Assembly (NCBI GenBank): GCA_965649295.1
Contig: CBFGKH010000001.1
Coordinates: 1 to 64,000 of the forward strand
Source: a candidate division WOR-3 bacterium
GTDB taxonomy: Bacteria > Hydrothermota > Tepidihabitantia > Tepidihabitantales > Tepidihabitantaceae
Direction: 5' to 3'
Length of the DNA stretch: 64,000 bases
Part shown: positions 30,301 through 39,231 of the stretch, piece by piece
Position numbering within the stretch: position 1 is the first letter of the stretch
Layout: each line of letters begins with the position of its first letter
Translations under genes and position numbers: made by a program
The notes under the pieces: generated by a model
Database searches by the model: none
What the model was told of the DNA's origin: nothing
Seen by the model: the letters and a program-made list of their open reading frames with translations, nothing else

Positions 30301-30828
30301 TATCCGGACTCAGCAATTACTGACGGAATGAAATACCGCATCCTCAATGGCACCATCAATCAGCGCAACTCCAACCGTGCCTATGACTGGTCAGCAGCTG
30401 TCTCGGTAGGCCCATTTGACTTGGCCCCGGGTGGAACCTACCGCTGCGCATTTGCTGTGATTGGCGCTAGTTCGCCAACGAACTTCGATGCCAATGCCGA
30501 CAGCGCCCAATCCTGGTACGACAATTATCTCGCTGTTACCGAGAATGAAGGCCCGACATCACCACGTTCAGTCGCTAACGTAATTTGCTCACCCAACCCG
30601 TTCCAGCGCAGCGTGGAGATTAGTCTGCATGTATCGTCACCAGGGCCGGTCAGCGCCACGGTCTTTGACGTGACTGGCCGTTCGATCGCTAGAATCGTCG
30701 AAGGTGAGTTTGCTGCTGGACCATTACGTGCGTCATGGAATCCAGCTGGACTGCCTGGTGGGGTGTATTTGCTCAAGGTGTCACTCCCGTCTCAGGAGTA
30801 CAGCACCAAGCTACTGCTGCTACGCTAG
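27325..30828 (+). CDS. Gingipain-like peptidase C25 with propeptide, Ig-like domains and T9SS-type CTD
   Basis: SD AAGGAGG; signal peptide; C25 propeptide; YVLLAGD, VGRA, AHG and SIAC (His/Cys dyad), LFGDP; C-terminal PNPF...FDVTGR...GVYLLK...KLLLLR. Confidence 0.88.
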   Translation: MKKTAILSLLPWLALAGQIVIDATFSPNQLAFARVNGFDVVTLDGHGTIITPGQPMLPEATMNIVVPPSATVTNIHVEPIDQVELDGRYLIHPGQQPVTISSRSLPVFVPPDPTTYSSTSSWPNDLLAWDGYTGQKSGYRLVGFAVRPLTYLPASGKLILNQRMRVVVTYTENTFTPHAFTRSQNEVSGHDVRRIVANPADVARFAPPTRQTDNLDCDYAIITSTALMSNWTTLADWRTKKGWYTRVFSVDTIAATYPGRDRQEKIRNFIIDYWLNHGLKYVLLAGDHSVIPSRRGRVTVSGSTGNIPADAYYGDLQWSWDGNNNNIFGEMTDTVDLYYDVLVGRASVDNSTQVATFINKTLLYEKNPTTDYLQKMLLPYVNLFPDNNYSGRVVSESIANHTPAGWIDTYIADPTTTAPIRDAINQGYNFVHGAAHGDDYGWYTYYGQTIYSTNVANSQTNATRPSIINSIACIAGNFEAEDCLAEALMNNPNGGAVAVMMNSREGWGTPPAMGPSELMDFKFYKYLLDEDSSVIGSTHAHSKDYYAYSARSQDVWRWCYYDLNLFGDPDMQLWDSTPTQLTVASADTIPTGTQNFQVTVTRGGSPVYNALVCCYKPGELHEIARTGWNGVASLTINPATTGTMYLTTSVQGSLAHEKTVTIRTGTAQPFITVQSYTIDDGGNGQLDPGETADILVTLRNLGNLAATNVQALLRTASSFITLVDSTATYGNISAGDSLRADRFRVTAAAGTPPGTSILFTVHVTATEGNWDPTFTTTVGVPPVPGRVTMDHDTGYCKLTVTAIGSIGFTEPPAHDPGSGFCYPKTGPSSLYFGSFMFGNSPTYLVDRFYGQPASSAPPNNDFRIIDSLRPYYPAASDQHYRCIMSDAGHSTPQGIRVTINSHQLAASGYDDFVVLRYDLTNTGTNSLSGIYAGIIADFDVGTASDTNTVTSNETKRYIYMRHANVVNPCVGLKILAPASFANLCAVDHARYVYPDSAITDGMKYRILNGTINQRNSNRAYDWSAAVSVGPFDLAPGGTYRCAFAVIGASSPTNFDANADSAQSWYDNYLAVTENEGPTSPRSVANVICSPNPFQRSVEISLHVSSPGPVSATVFDVTGRSIARIVEGEFAAGPLRASWNPAGLPGGVYLLKVSLPSQEYSTKLLLLR

Positions 30829-30843
30829 CCAGCATTGAGAACA

Positions 30844-30886
30844 AGCTGCGGGGGCGGGACCCGTTTCGGTTCCCGCCCCCGCAGCT
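30844..30886. terminator. Terminator hairpin between convergent genes
   Basis: AGCTGCGGGGGCGGGA / TCCCGCCCCCGCAGCT 16-bp stem. Confidence 0.8.
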
Positions 30887-30898
30887 ATTCGTGTAAGC

Positions 30899-31288
30899 CT
30901 AGACCGTATCAACCAACACAACGTGCCAATCGTCGCCAAGCCAGAGCAAATCGATACTGACACCAAGATTCCAACTCTGCACTATCCTGCATGCTCGCCG
31001 GAGTTGCTCCAGCTGCTTTTCCTGCGACAATGGATTACCCGCGCAATCAGCATGAGCAACGATTGCCAAATGTTGAGAACCATGTTTTTCTACTGAAATC
31101 ACCGCGCGCCGCCGAATCGATTCCGCCAACCATGGGTCATTGGGTTCGGCTAGGACGCGAACCGGTCCAGGTTCAGTAATCGTATCAACGAACTGCACTT
31201 TGTACCGGTTTCGCATCCACTCGTTCACAGGCAACTGTGTCCGACCATCCATGCAGTTGATAACGGTGGCAAACCCTCTTGCGTTCAT
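30899..31288 (-). CDS. Small beta-carbonic-anhydrase-like protein
   Basis: NCMDGR and HADCAGN zinc-ligand pattern; start moved to ATG 31288 (SD GGGAG). Confidence 0.7.
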   Translation of the reverse strand: MNARGFATVINCMDGRTQLPVNEWMRNRYKVQFVDTITEPGPVRVLAEPNDPWLAESIRRRAVISVEKHGSQHLAIVAHADCAGNPLSQEKQLEQLRRACRIVQSWNLGVSIDLLWLGDDWHVVLVDTV

Positions 31289-31329
31289 TGCTACTCCCGC
31301 AGTTTCAGGCCTCATTTCATACTTTTCGT

Positions 31330-32496
31330 TCAGTCCAAAGAAAGCACGAAAACCCGTAGGTACTCCGTCTCCGGCATCGCGAGTAGTATGGGATGATCAG
31401 GCCCCTGCGTGCACCGTTCGACGACCGTGCACTCGCGACCGGCATCAATTGCGGCACGGATCAGCAAAGCACTGAAATCATCCCAGGAAAGGTGGTGAGA
31501 GCAAGAAGAAGTGATCAGCAACCCGCCACGCTCAACCAGCCGCATCGCTAGACTATTTAGACGCCGGTAAACCCGCATCCCTGCCGGCTTATCGCGCTGC
31601 ACTGGAATCAGTGAAGGTGGATCAAGCAAGACCATACCAAATTGCTGATTCTCTATTTGCAGCTCGGTCATCGCCCGCTCAGCGTCGGCGGCTCGGAATG
31701 TACAGCGATTACCTACTCCGTTCAGTACCGCATTCTTTTCGGCCATCGCCACAGCCACAGCAGAAGAATCGATACCCAGGACATTGACCGCACCCCCTAA
31801 TGCGGCGTTGACGCTGAATGCACCAGTATAGCAGTGAACATCGAGCACTCGACGGCCGCTAGCTAACTCTCTAACCTTCCGTCGGGTGAGACGCTGATCA
31901 AAGTAGAACCCTGTCTTCTGACCACAAGCGATGTCAACAAGAAAACGAGCACCTGACTCAGAGATAACATGACCTGCTTCTGGTGTGCCTCGCAAACAGC
32001 CGGTCCTTCGCTGCAGTCCTTCGATCAGTCGCAGCCGAAAGTCATTCCGCTCATAGACGCTCGCGGCACCAAACTCAGCAACCAGTACTTCTGTTACAAG
32101 CTGCTGCCGCTGGTCAATAGCTGCCGAATAGGCCTGAATCACGAATTCTTGGCCGTACTTGTCAACTATCAGGCCGGGCAAACCGTCGCTCTCACCATAG
32201 CAAAACCGATAGTCTCCCTCTCCGGGCAGCCAACATCTACGCCGCGAAGCCGCTAATCTGAGCCGACTCGTGACGAACGAGCGGTTCAAATCTTGAACCT
32301 CTTTCGAGTAGAGCCGGACACGAATCAACGAATGAGGGTTGTACACTCCTGAGCCAAGCAGTCTCTTGCCCTGGTAGACTAGCACCGTGTCGCCAATCCG
32401 TGGATCCCCATCTACGCTTCTGACCTCGTTGGAGAAAACCCACGGATGTTGAGAGCGAGCCTGCTTGCGTACTACCTTCACAACTGCCTGCGGCAT
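31330..32496 (-). CDS. RlmI/RlmK-family SAM-dependent rRNA methyltransferase with PUA domain
   Basis: HPWVFSNE, GESDGLPGLIVD, GQKTGFYFDQR, LDPP, SSCS. Confidence 0.88.
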   Translation of the reverse strand: MPQAVVKVVRKQARSQHPWVFSNEVRSVDGDPRIGDTVLVYQGKRLLGSGVYNPHSLIRVRLYSKEVQDLNRSFVTSRLRLAASRRRCWLPGEGDYRFCYGESDGLPGLIVDKYGQEFVIQAYSAAIDQRQQLVTEVLVAEFGAASVYERNDFRLRLIEGLQRRTGCLRGTPEAGHVISESGARFLVDIACGQKTGFYFDQRLTRRKVRELASGRRVLDVHCYTGAFSVNAALGGAVNVLGIDSSAVAVAMAEKNAVLNGVGNRCTFRAADAERAMTELQIENQQFGMVLLDPPSLIPVQRDKPAGMRVYRRLNSLAMRLVERGGLLITSSCSHHLSWDDFSALLIRAAIDAGRECTVVERCTQGPDHPILLAMPETEYLRVFVLSLD

Positions 32497-32499
32497 CGC

Positions 32500-34122
32500 T
32501 CACCTCTTATCTACCATCGGTCGGATTGCAACTAGAACCGGCTTTCCATCAGCGTCCACTGTGTAAAGCAAGCTCACTTCTCGTTCATCCGGAACAGCCA
32601 GCAGGTGCTGTGCCAAACGTAGGTGGAGGTCTGGCCGCGACTGGCTGACCCAACTCGAACCGACAGCGACCAAACGCTCGCACGGTGCCACCAGCAACGG
32701 TGGACGGTTACCCTCCCCGAAAGGAACGAGTGAAGCAAACTCGGTCGTGAACTCAACCAAAGGCAGCTCTGCATCAACTCGCAAGATGTTCTCCGGCTCA
32801 ATCTTGCCAGCAAAGTGATCATGGGCGTATTGCTCAGCTGACCGTATGAAACCATCAACTTTCTCTTCAGCAATAGTGAAGCCGGCCGCTTTACGGTGAC
32901 CACCGTAGTCAACAAAGTAGTCAGCATGCGCCTTCAACAAATCCATCAAATCAATGCCATCGACTCCGCGACACTCACCCACCCAAACGCCACCTCTTGG
33001 CCCAAGAACTATCGCCGGCAACTGATACCGTTCTTTGAGTCGGGCCGCACAGTAGCCTAGCGTTCGTGGACCAAGCTCGGTACTCCGCACGAAAAGGATT
33101 CCATCACCAACTTGAGCAATTCGCTCGGCCCTAGCGAAACTCTGTTCTGCCTCCTTCCGCCAATCCTCACTACGGGACGCCAGCTCTGCAATCCACAATC
33201 GAGCCTGTTCAGGCGTACTTGTCAGCATCCGCTCAACTCCCTCATTACCGTTCGCCGCTGCAAACAGACCAAGCAGCCCGCTAACGATGGCACCGGTATC
33301 ATGACCAGCCAGCCCCCGCAGGTAGTCACGCACCGCTGCAATAACCGGTGCTGAACTTAACTCTATCGCCCAGTGGCCACCAACGACTAAAGTGCGGTTC
33401 TCGCCCACAAGCGGCACCCGATCGGCCAACGTGCCAAGAATTGCCAGGGCCAGACACTCCGTTTGAACAGAACAGAACTCCGTATGACTCAATCCCAGTT
33501 GCCGTTCAACTAGTCCCATGGCCAGCTTGAAAGCTACCCCCGCACCCGCCAATCCCCGAAATGGATAAGTTGAATCAGGCCTCTTGGGATCAACGTTCGC
33601 CACAGCCGAAGGCAGTGTAGCAAGAACTTCGTGATGATCGGTAACGATAACATCAATTCCCTGCCTGCTGAGCTCCGCTACTGCTGAGTGATTAGTGATC
33701 CCACAGTCTACTGTTATTACCAACCGTACACCCTTGTCCCGAAACCCAAGGGCAACTGCTGGGTTCAGCCCGTGCGGCTCATGACCCTTGGTAGGTATGT
33801 AGTGGAGGACTCGACCGTGTAGGTCAGTCAGCACCCGGGAGAGAATCACGGTGGCAGTGATACCGTCGAGGTCATCATGCCCCCAGATAAGGATCGTCTC
33901 GCGCTCACGGATGGCCTGATTGATACGTCCGACTGACGGTTCGAAATCGGGTAACGCTGCTGGCGGATGAAGCTTGTCAATTGATGGACGTAGCCAGGCA
34001 TCGACACCAAGCTCGTCACGAACGCCCCGCAACCAGAGCACCCGGGCAAAAGCTGGGGTAATACCTGTCTTGACGGCCAGCTGCTTGACACAGTCTTCAT
34101 CCACCAGGCGGAGAGGCCACAT
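32500..34122 (-). CDS. recJ: RecJ-like DHH/DHHA1 exonuclease
   Basis: GHDDLDG, TVDCG, TDHH, LAGAGVAFKL, ADRVPLVGENR, GGHRKAAG, PFGEGN. Confidence 0.72.
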   Translation of the reverse strand: MWPLRLVDEDCVKQLAVKTGITPAFARVLWLRGVRDELGVDAWLRPSIDKLHPPAALPDFEPSVGRINQAIRERETILIWGHDDLDGITATVILSRVLTDLHGRVLHYIPTKGHEPHGLNPAVALGFRDKGVRLVITVDCGITNHSAVAELSRQGIDVIVTDHHEVLATLPSAVANVDPKRPDSTYPFRGLAGAGVAFKLAMGLVERQLGLSHTEFCSVQTECLALAILGTLADRVPLVGENRTLVVGGHWAIELSSAPVIAAVRDYLRGLAGHDTGAIVSGLLGLFAAANGNEGVERMLTSTPEQARLWIAELASRSEDWRKEAEQSFARAERIAQVGDGILFVRSTELGPRTLGYCAARLKERYQLPAIVLGPRGGVWVGECRGVDGIDLMDLLKAHADYFVDYGGHRKAAGFTIAEEKVDGFIRSAEQYAHDHFAGKIEPENILRVDAELPLVEFTTEFASLVPFGEGNRPPLLVAPCERLVAVGSSWVSQSRPDLHLRLAQHLLAVPDEREVSLLYTVDADGKPVLVAIRPMVDKR

Positions 34123-34167
34123 TACAATTTACGGGATGTGACTGATGATCAAAAATCGGTAATTCGG

Positions 34168-35697
34168 TCAGCGGTCAAGAGCAATGATACGACCCTCGAT
34201 GCGGACATCAAGCGGCGAGTGGCGTCGGATGTAGCTAACAATAACGTCTCGCAGAGGCATAAAGGTGTCCTCGATGTCAGTGCCCTCGAGAAAAACTCCG
34301 TACTCTCCAGTCCCTGTGGCTAGAAAAGAGTTCGTAGCAACGCGATACACACGGTCGTCTTCGAGCGGCTGCCCTCCGACCAGGACCGACTGAACCCGCT
34401 TCCCAATTGGCCGGCTACGTACCCATGTCATAGTCAGACCTGAAACCTGAAAGATGGCGTGGTGACCATTGACCGACACTTCAAGCATCTCCCTAACCTG
34501 GGCCCCCGTGTAGTTACCAACCACTACCGTGTTGCCGAATATGTCAACCTGATAGATATCACGGTACCGGATTTCTCCCTCGGGTATGTTGGCTCGAATC
34601 CCAGCTGAGTTGTGCAACGCAATGTCAGCATTAGCATACTCCCGCATCGCATCAGTTATTAGATTGCCGGCCGGTGTCTCAGTGAACCCACCGCGAGTCA
34701 ACTCGCGTTTGCTCCAACCGATAACCTCGTCAAATCCCTGCTCTGCCTCCTGTCGAGCCGAATCAAGCCGGGCAGCATACTCCCGATCCATCGGTATCTC
34801 TTCACCCAACAGATCGAATAGCCGACCCTCGTAGCCGACGATCCGGCGTGTTCGCAGATCGATTGCCAGATCAATCAAACCAACTGTTGAAAGCTTACTG
34901 TATGCCTGCTGAACGATGACATGTCGGCGGGGACTCTCGTATGGCGGTTTGACGCCAGTGTGGGAATGGGCGCCGATGATAACATCCACGCCCGGCACTG
35001 AGTCGGCAAACTGCGTATCATGCTTGTGGCCAATGTGGTTGAGACCGATAATTATGTCAGCGCCCTGCTGACGTAACCGGGCAATCTCCTGCCGGGCGAC
35101 CTCGTGATAAGGCAGGATGTCAAGCGGACCAATTAGCGAATCGCTCACCATCCCCCGCAGGTACTTAGTCAGCAGTCCGAACAGGCCGATACGAATACCG
35201 CCTCGCTCAAAAAGCACACTGCGTGTCAGCCACGATGGCGCCGTGTCACTACCTTGTACAACAACATTCGTCGCGAGCCATGGCAGCCCGCTACTGTCAA
35301 TGATAGCCTTGAGAACCTCACAGCCGAAATCGAAGTCATGGTTGCCAACGGCAACTGCGTCGTACCCCGCCCGTCTGAAGAAGTCAACGACAATCTGGCC
35401 ACGAGTGAAATCACCCAATGGCGTACCCTTGAACACATCACCGCCGTCGAGCAGCAGAAAACCGTATCCTCTGGCCAGAGCCGTATCCCGCAATTCCCTG
35501 ATGACAGTAAGTGCGCCGGGCGCGTTTGCCAGCGGTGGCGGAAAGTTCCGATTCATCCAGAATGCATCAGAAGGCTGCAGTGCACCATGAATGTCGTTTG
35601 TATGTACGACATAGATATGTTGGACAGAAGCGAACGCCGGGAGGACTGCAAAAACGACGTAGAACAGTCTAGAAACTGCGCGATGCAGTAACCGCAA
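34168..35697 (-). CDS. Exported bifunctional metallophosphatase/5'-nucleotidase
   Basis: HTNDIHG, DGGD, GNHDFD, GAHSH, NSAGIR, QVSG; signal peptide. Confidence 0.9.
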   Translation of the reverse strand: MRLLHRAVSRLFYVVFAVLPAFASVQHIYVVHTNDIHGALQPSDAFWMNRNFPPPLANAPGALTVIRELRDTALARGYGFLLLDGGDVFKGTPLGDFTRGQIVVDFFRRAGYDAVAVGNHDFDFGCEVLKAIIDSSGLPWLATNVVVQGSDTAPSWLTRSVLFERGGIRIGLFGLLTKYLRGMVSDSLIGPLDILPYHEVARQEIARLRQQGADIIIGLNHIGHKHDTQFADSVPGVDVIIGAHSHTGVKPPYESPRRHVIVQQAYSKLSTVGLIDLAIDLRTRRIVGYEGRLFDLLGEEIPMDREYAARLDSARQEAEQGFDEVIGWSKRELTRGGFTETPAGNLITDAMREYANADIALHNSAGIRANIPEGEIRYRDIYQVDIFGNTVVVGNYTGAQVREMLEVSVNGHHAIFQVSGLTMTWVRSRPIGKRVQSVLVGGQPLEDDRVYRVATNSFLATGTGEYGVFLEGTDIEDTFMPLRDVIVSYIRRHSPLDVRIEGRIIALDR

Positions 35698-36832
35698 TTC
35701 GGCTCCTCGTGCTCTGCACTTTCACGTCACTTTCCCACAACGGCTGCCAGAAGTGCTCGGGTTCTGATACGTCGTGCTGAAACAAGGCGCCGACATCGAC
35801 CCGCAGCACGCCAGCATCAAACCCAAGCCCAAACCCAGCAGACAAAGTCTGCAGTGTCGGATCATAGTATTGCGGCTCAACACCAAAACCATAACGAAGG
35901 TTGACATAGTTCAGCATGGTATGCTCGACTCCGGCCCGAATCATCAGCGAATTGCTGAACAGCGAGTCAACAACCTTCCACGCCGCGTACCGAGCCTCGG
36001 CCACGAATGTGCTAGGCAGCGTACCTGGCGCCCGAAAAGAAACTCCAACTCGAGCTGCCCAAGGATACTCATGGTCAGTCGCAACCTCAGCTTCAGTCCA
36101 GTTCTTGAAGCTAGAACTGCCAGAGAAATCACCCGCCAGGATCAGTCGCCCAGACGGCATGACGACGAGGCCGCCGCTGTAGAAGAAACCACGTGGACGA
36201 CCTGTCTCAGAAATAAGAGTGGTATCCGGACCACGGATGCTCCAAACTTCCAGGCTTCGCGTACCGAATCCGAATCCACCACGTGCGCCGAACCCAAACC
36301 AAGGCACGGGCCTCACTCCAAACCCCAGTCCGGCATCATAGAGAAGTCCCGTTCCCTCGACTCGGTCCTCACCGGTCAGCACATAGAAGTCGTCTCGATA
36401 CTCCTTGCGGTAACGGTAGCTAAAATCGCGCACTGCTGCGATACCGATTCCCAATCCCAATTGACCAACACGCAATACTCCGGTTAAGGGACCAGGTAAT
36501 CCGACAGAGTTGATGTTCTCTGCAATAGCTACCTCACCCAAGGTATTCTCGAACTGGTCATAGACGACCCTAGTTCGCGTCTCTGCTGCCACTTTGATTG
36601 CATAGCCCCCTTCAATTGTTGTCTGACGAGCAGAAGCTAACAAAGCCGGGTTGGTAAACAAAGCCCCTGGTCCCGCGTCAAGAGCGGCAACGCCACCTCG
36701 ACTCAGAGTCTTGGCGCTTGCGTAGCCAAGTTCACGACCAAGATAGCTCGCCATTGGAACCTGGGCTGCTGCAAATCCAAAGGACACCAAGGCAAGAAGC
36801 AACGACCGCCACACGAATTTGCAATCAATCAT
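35669..36832 (-). CDS. FadL/PorV-like outer-membrane beta-barrel
   Basis: Signal peptide; SAKTLSRGG...ALFTNPALL hatch motif; alternating beta strands; terminal F. Confidence 0.6.
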   Translation of the reverse strand: MIDCKFVWRSLLLALVSFGFAAAQVPMASYLGRELGYASAKTLSRGGVAALDAGPGALFTNPALLASARQTTIEGGYAIKVAAETRTRVVYDQFENTLGEVAIAENINSVGLPGPLTGVLRVGQLGLGIGIAAVRDFSYRYRKEYRDDFYVLTGEDRVEGTGLLYDAGLGFGVRPVPWFGFGARGGFGFGTRSLEVWSIRGPDTTLISETGRPRGFFYSGGLVVMPSGRLILAGDFSGSSSFKNWTEAEVATDHEYPWAARVGVSFRAPGTLPSTFVAEARYAAWKVVDSLFSNSLMIRAGVEHTMLNYVNLRYGFGVEPQYYDPTLQTLSAGFGLGFDAGVLRVDVGALFQHDVSEPEHFWQPLWESDVKVQSTRSRIAVTASRSF

Positions 36833-36847
36833 CCGAGTCTCCTCTCA

Positions 36848-39229
36848 TCACCAAAGCAGGTCAAGCTGCAGACTAATGTCGTAAGAGTTCTGACGGGAAA
36901 CAAAATCACGTACCGTCTCAGCGTTGCCTCGATAGTGCAGACCGCTAACGCTACCAAGCCCGGTGTGCGGAAAATCAGCCACCTTGTGTCTAAACTTGAA
37001 GTAGAACAGCAGGTTGTCGGATATGCGATCGGTGACTGCGGCATACCAGCGAATCCCCTGGCCGTCGAGAAAATCAATGCCTTGGTCCTCGAACGCCCAC
37101 TGCGACATCGAGTTCGTCTGCCAGACCGCAATGCCCAGCTCAGTGTTGAAGTCATCTGAAAAGTTGTGCTCCCATTGCACTGAGACGAAGTCGCCCCACA
37201 TACTAGCATTGTCCCCGTAGCGCATTGTCGGCGTCAACAATACCTTGCCCAGCCTAACCTCACCGGTCAGATAATCCCAATTGCTCAGACTGGTCATCGC
37301 TCGGATTGTGGATTCTAACGTCACCGAACGAGTAGTTCCAGCCACCTTCGGCAGCTCTTTGGCCTGAATCTTCTGTTTGAATCGGAGTCGAACCGGATAG
37401 ACCGGCTGGTACTCAACCTCGCCTTGGAACCGGACATTGTCTGCCCCCCACGCAAGATTACGCCAGATATCTAGGTAGGCGCGCGTGAACGTCACTTGTC
37501 TGCCAACCTGGTATCGGGCATCAAGAAACAGCCCCTGCTCAGCCTTCGGCATTGGAAAGTCCTTCAGAGCAATGAAGGCCGGGTCTATTACCCGATAACT
37601 CTTCTCCAGCGGCGTATCTTCGAACCGCAGCTGCTCACAGAACCCACGATTATAGGGATTGTCATACCCAACGTCGTAGTGACGGAACAATCCTGTCAGC
37701 GTCAGATAGTCGTACTGGGTTCTGGCTTTGACAAGTAATCCCTTCTGCAAACCCGCTGCCGAGTCAATCCGCGGTTTGGCTGCAAGCTCTGCTTCAAGCG
37801 ACACGTTCTCGACCACTGTCCTCAAATCAGCCCCAACAAAGAGTCGATTCATACCGGTGTCGAGCTTGGTGTAGTTAGGGTCATCAAGCGTCTCGGCATC
37901 AGCCGGCACATCCAAGAACCGGGCATCGGATCGGAACGACCGATCGTACCCCACGCCTAGCAGATTCAAGGCAAACCTGGTACCGATGGGTGCAAAGAGG
38001 AGACTACCCAAGTCGAACCGGATACTGCCACCCCAGTCAGTCTCAGTCAAAACATCTTTGTACGATGGGAAGCGCGGCGTTGCCACGATGTAGTAGTTTA
38101 CTAAGGAATCTGGATTGAGGATTGCATCCCGCCGCGTTCGGGAAAAGAAACCAATCAAACCCAGTCGGTCATAACCCACCTCGGTGGCCACCCCGCGCAT
38201 ACCGAAACCTGGATTCTCAGTCAGGTCGCTGAACAGACCCTCAGCCCGGTCATAGGTCCTGGCTCTGAGTTCAGAGTTATTATCCAGAAGCAGACCCTGA
38301 CCAAGCGTTAGCCTGTAATCACCAACGAATAGACGCCGCACCGGTCCGATGTCTTGTAGACTGACGAAACCCTTAATGTCGTCCAATGTCTGCCTCGAGT
38401 ACAGCTTCTGGCCAGCCCAAGCACCCAATCGGATATGGCGTCCTGCCCGCACCCGCAGACGATGACGGATTCCCGCCTTATTGCGCATTCCTGCCACGTA
38501 GGCACTCTCGGCCAAGAGACGTTCCCGGAAGAACGCGGTATCAATTCCTTGGGCTTCCCAGGGAATCGTCGAATCGCGCAACGCCGCCAGCGCCTGAGAG
38601 AACATTGCTAGGTCAGCCTGGGTGTCCCACTTTGGATCGGTCTCATAAGCCACCCGATAATTGCCACCAAACCCCACCAAAGTCGAGTCGGTGTAAGTGA
38701 CGAAGTCGCGCATGTTTCGATAGCCATAGCTTGAAAGGCCGGGGACCTGACCTGCCAGGTCGCGGCGGCCAGAAATTTTGCCCCCGGCTCGGAGGAACTT
38801 TGCCACTGCTACAGCATCGACCAACGAGACCCGGTCAAGCACAAGAAGGTCATCGATTCGGGCCTTGTTGATGTTGATTGGCGAGAGCAGTAAGTCTTGC
38901 CATTCTTCAACTGCCGCAGTTGTCGGCCCATCTTCAGCCGCCAGCCTTCGCTGAATTCGCTGCACTGTGTTCTGACGAAACTCACCCCACTCCCTAGGGG
39001 TCACCATTATTAGCGGCTTTAGTTCTTCGAACTTCTCCGGCGTGATGCCCGGAATCTGCAGCAACTCGTAGATGCTGTTCAACCGGCCATAGGCATCGAT
39101 GCGCTCCCAGATGCGCTCAGCAGTCACCGAATCAACCGGCAGCCTCATTATCTCCTGTCGCGTCGCTTTATTGATATCAAGCTGAGCCGAGTCGCTGTAG
39201 GCCAAGACGAACAGTAATAGGAGCAGCAT
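36848..39229 (-). CDS. ComEA-type helix-hairpin-helix protein fused to a predicted outer-membrane beta-barrel
   Basis: LDINKATRQEIMRLP...ELLQIPGI and ININKARIDDLLVL HhH modules; GDYRLTLGQGLLL; aromatic beta-strand-rich C-terminus ending in W. Confidence 0.75.
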   Translation of the reverse strand: MLLLLLFVLAYSDSAQLDINKATRQEIMRLPVDSVTAERIWERIDAYGRLNSIYELLQIPGITPEKFEELKPLIMVTPREWGEFRQNTVQRIQRRLAAEDGPTTAAVEEWQDLLLSPININKARIDDLLVLDRVSLVDAVAVAKFLRAGGKISGRRDLAGQVPGLSSYGYRNMRDFVTYTDSTLVGFGGNYRVAYETDPKWDTQADLAMFSQALAALRDSTIPWEAQGIDTAFFRERLLAESAYVAGMRNKAGIRHRLRVRAGRHIRLGAWAGQKLYSRQTLDDIKGFVSLQDIGPVRRLFVGDYRLTLGQGLLLDNNSELRARTYDRAEGLFSDLTENPGFGMRGVATEVGYDRLGLIGFFSRTRRDAILNPDSLVNYYIVATPRFPSYKDVLTETDWGGSIRFDLGSLLFAPIGTRFALNLLGVGYDRSFRSDARFLDVPADAETLDDPNYTKLDTGMNRLFVGADLRTVVENVSLEAELAAKPRIDSAAGLQKGLLVKARTQYDYLTLTGLFRHYDVGYDNPYNRGFCEQLRFEDTPLEKSYRVIDPAFIALKDFPMPKAEQGLFLDARYQVGRQVTFTRAYLDIWRNLAWGADNVRFQGEVEYQPVYPVRLRFKQKIQAKELPKVAGTTRSVTLESTIRAMTSLSNWDYLTGEVRLGKVLLTPTMRYGDNASMWGDFVSVQWEHNFSDDFNTELGIAVWQTNSMSQWAFEDQGIDFLDGQGIRWYAAVTDRISDNLLFYFKFRHKVADFPHTGLGSVSGLHYRGNAETVRDFVSRQNSYDISLQLDLLW

Positions 39230-39231
39230 TG

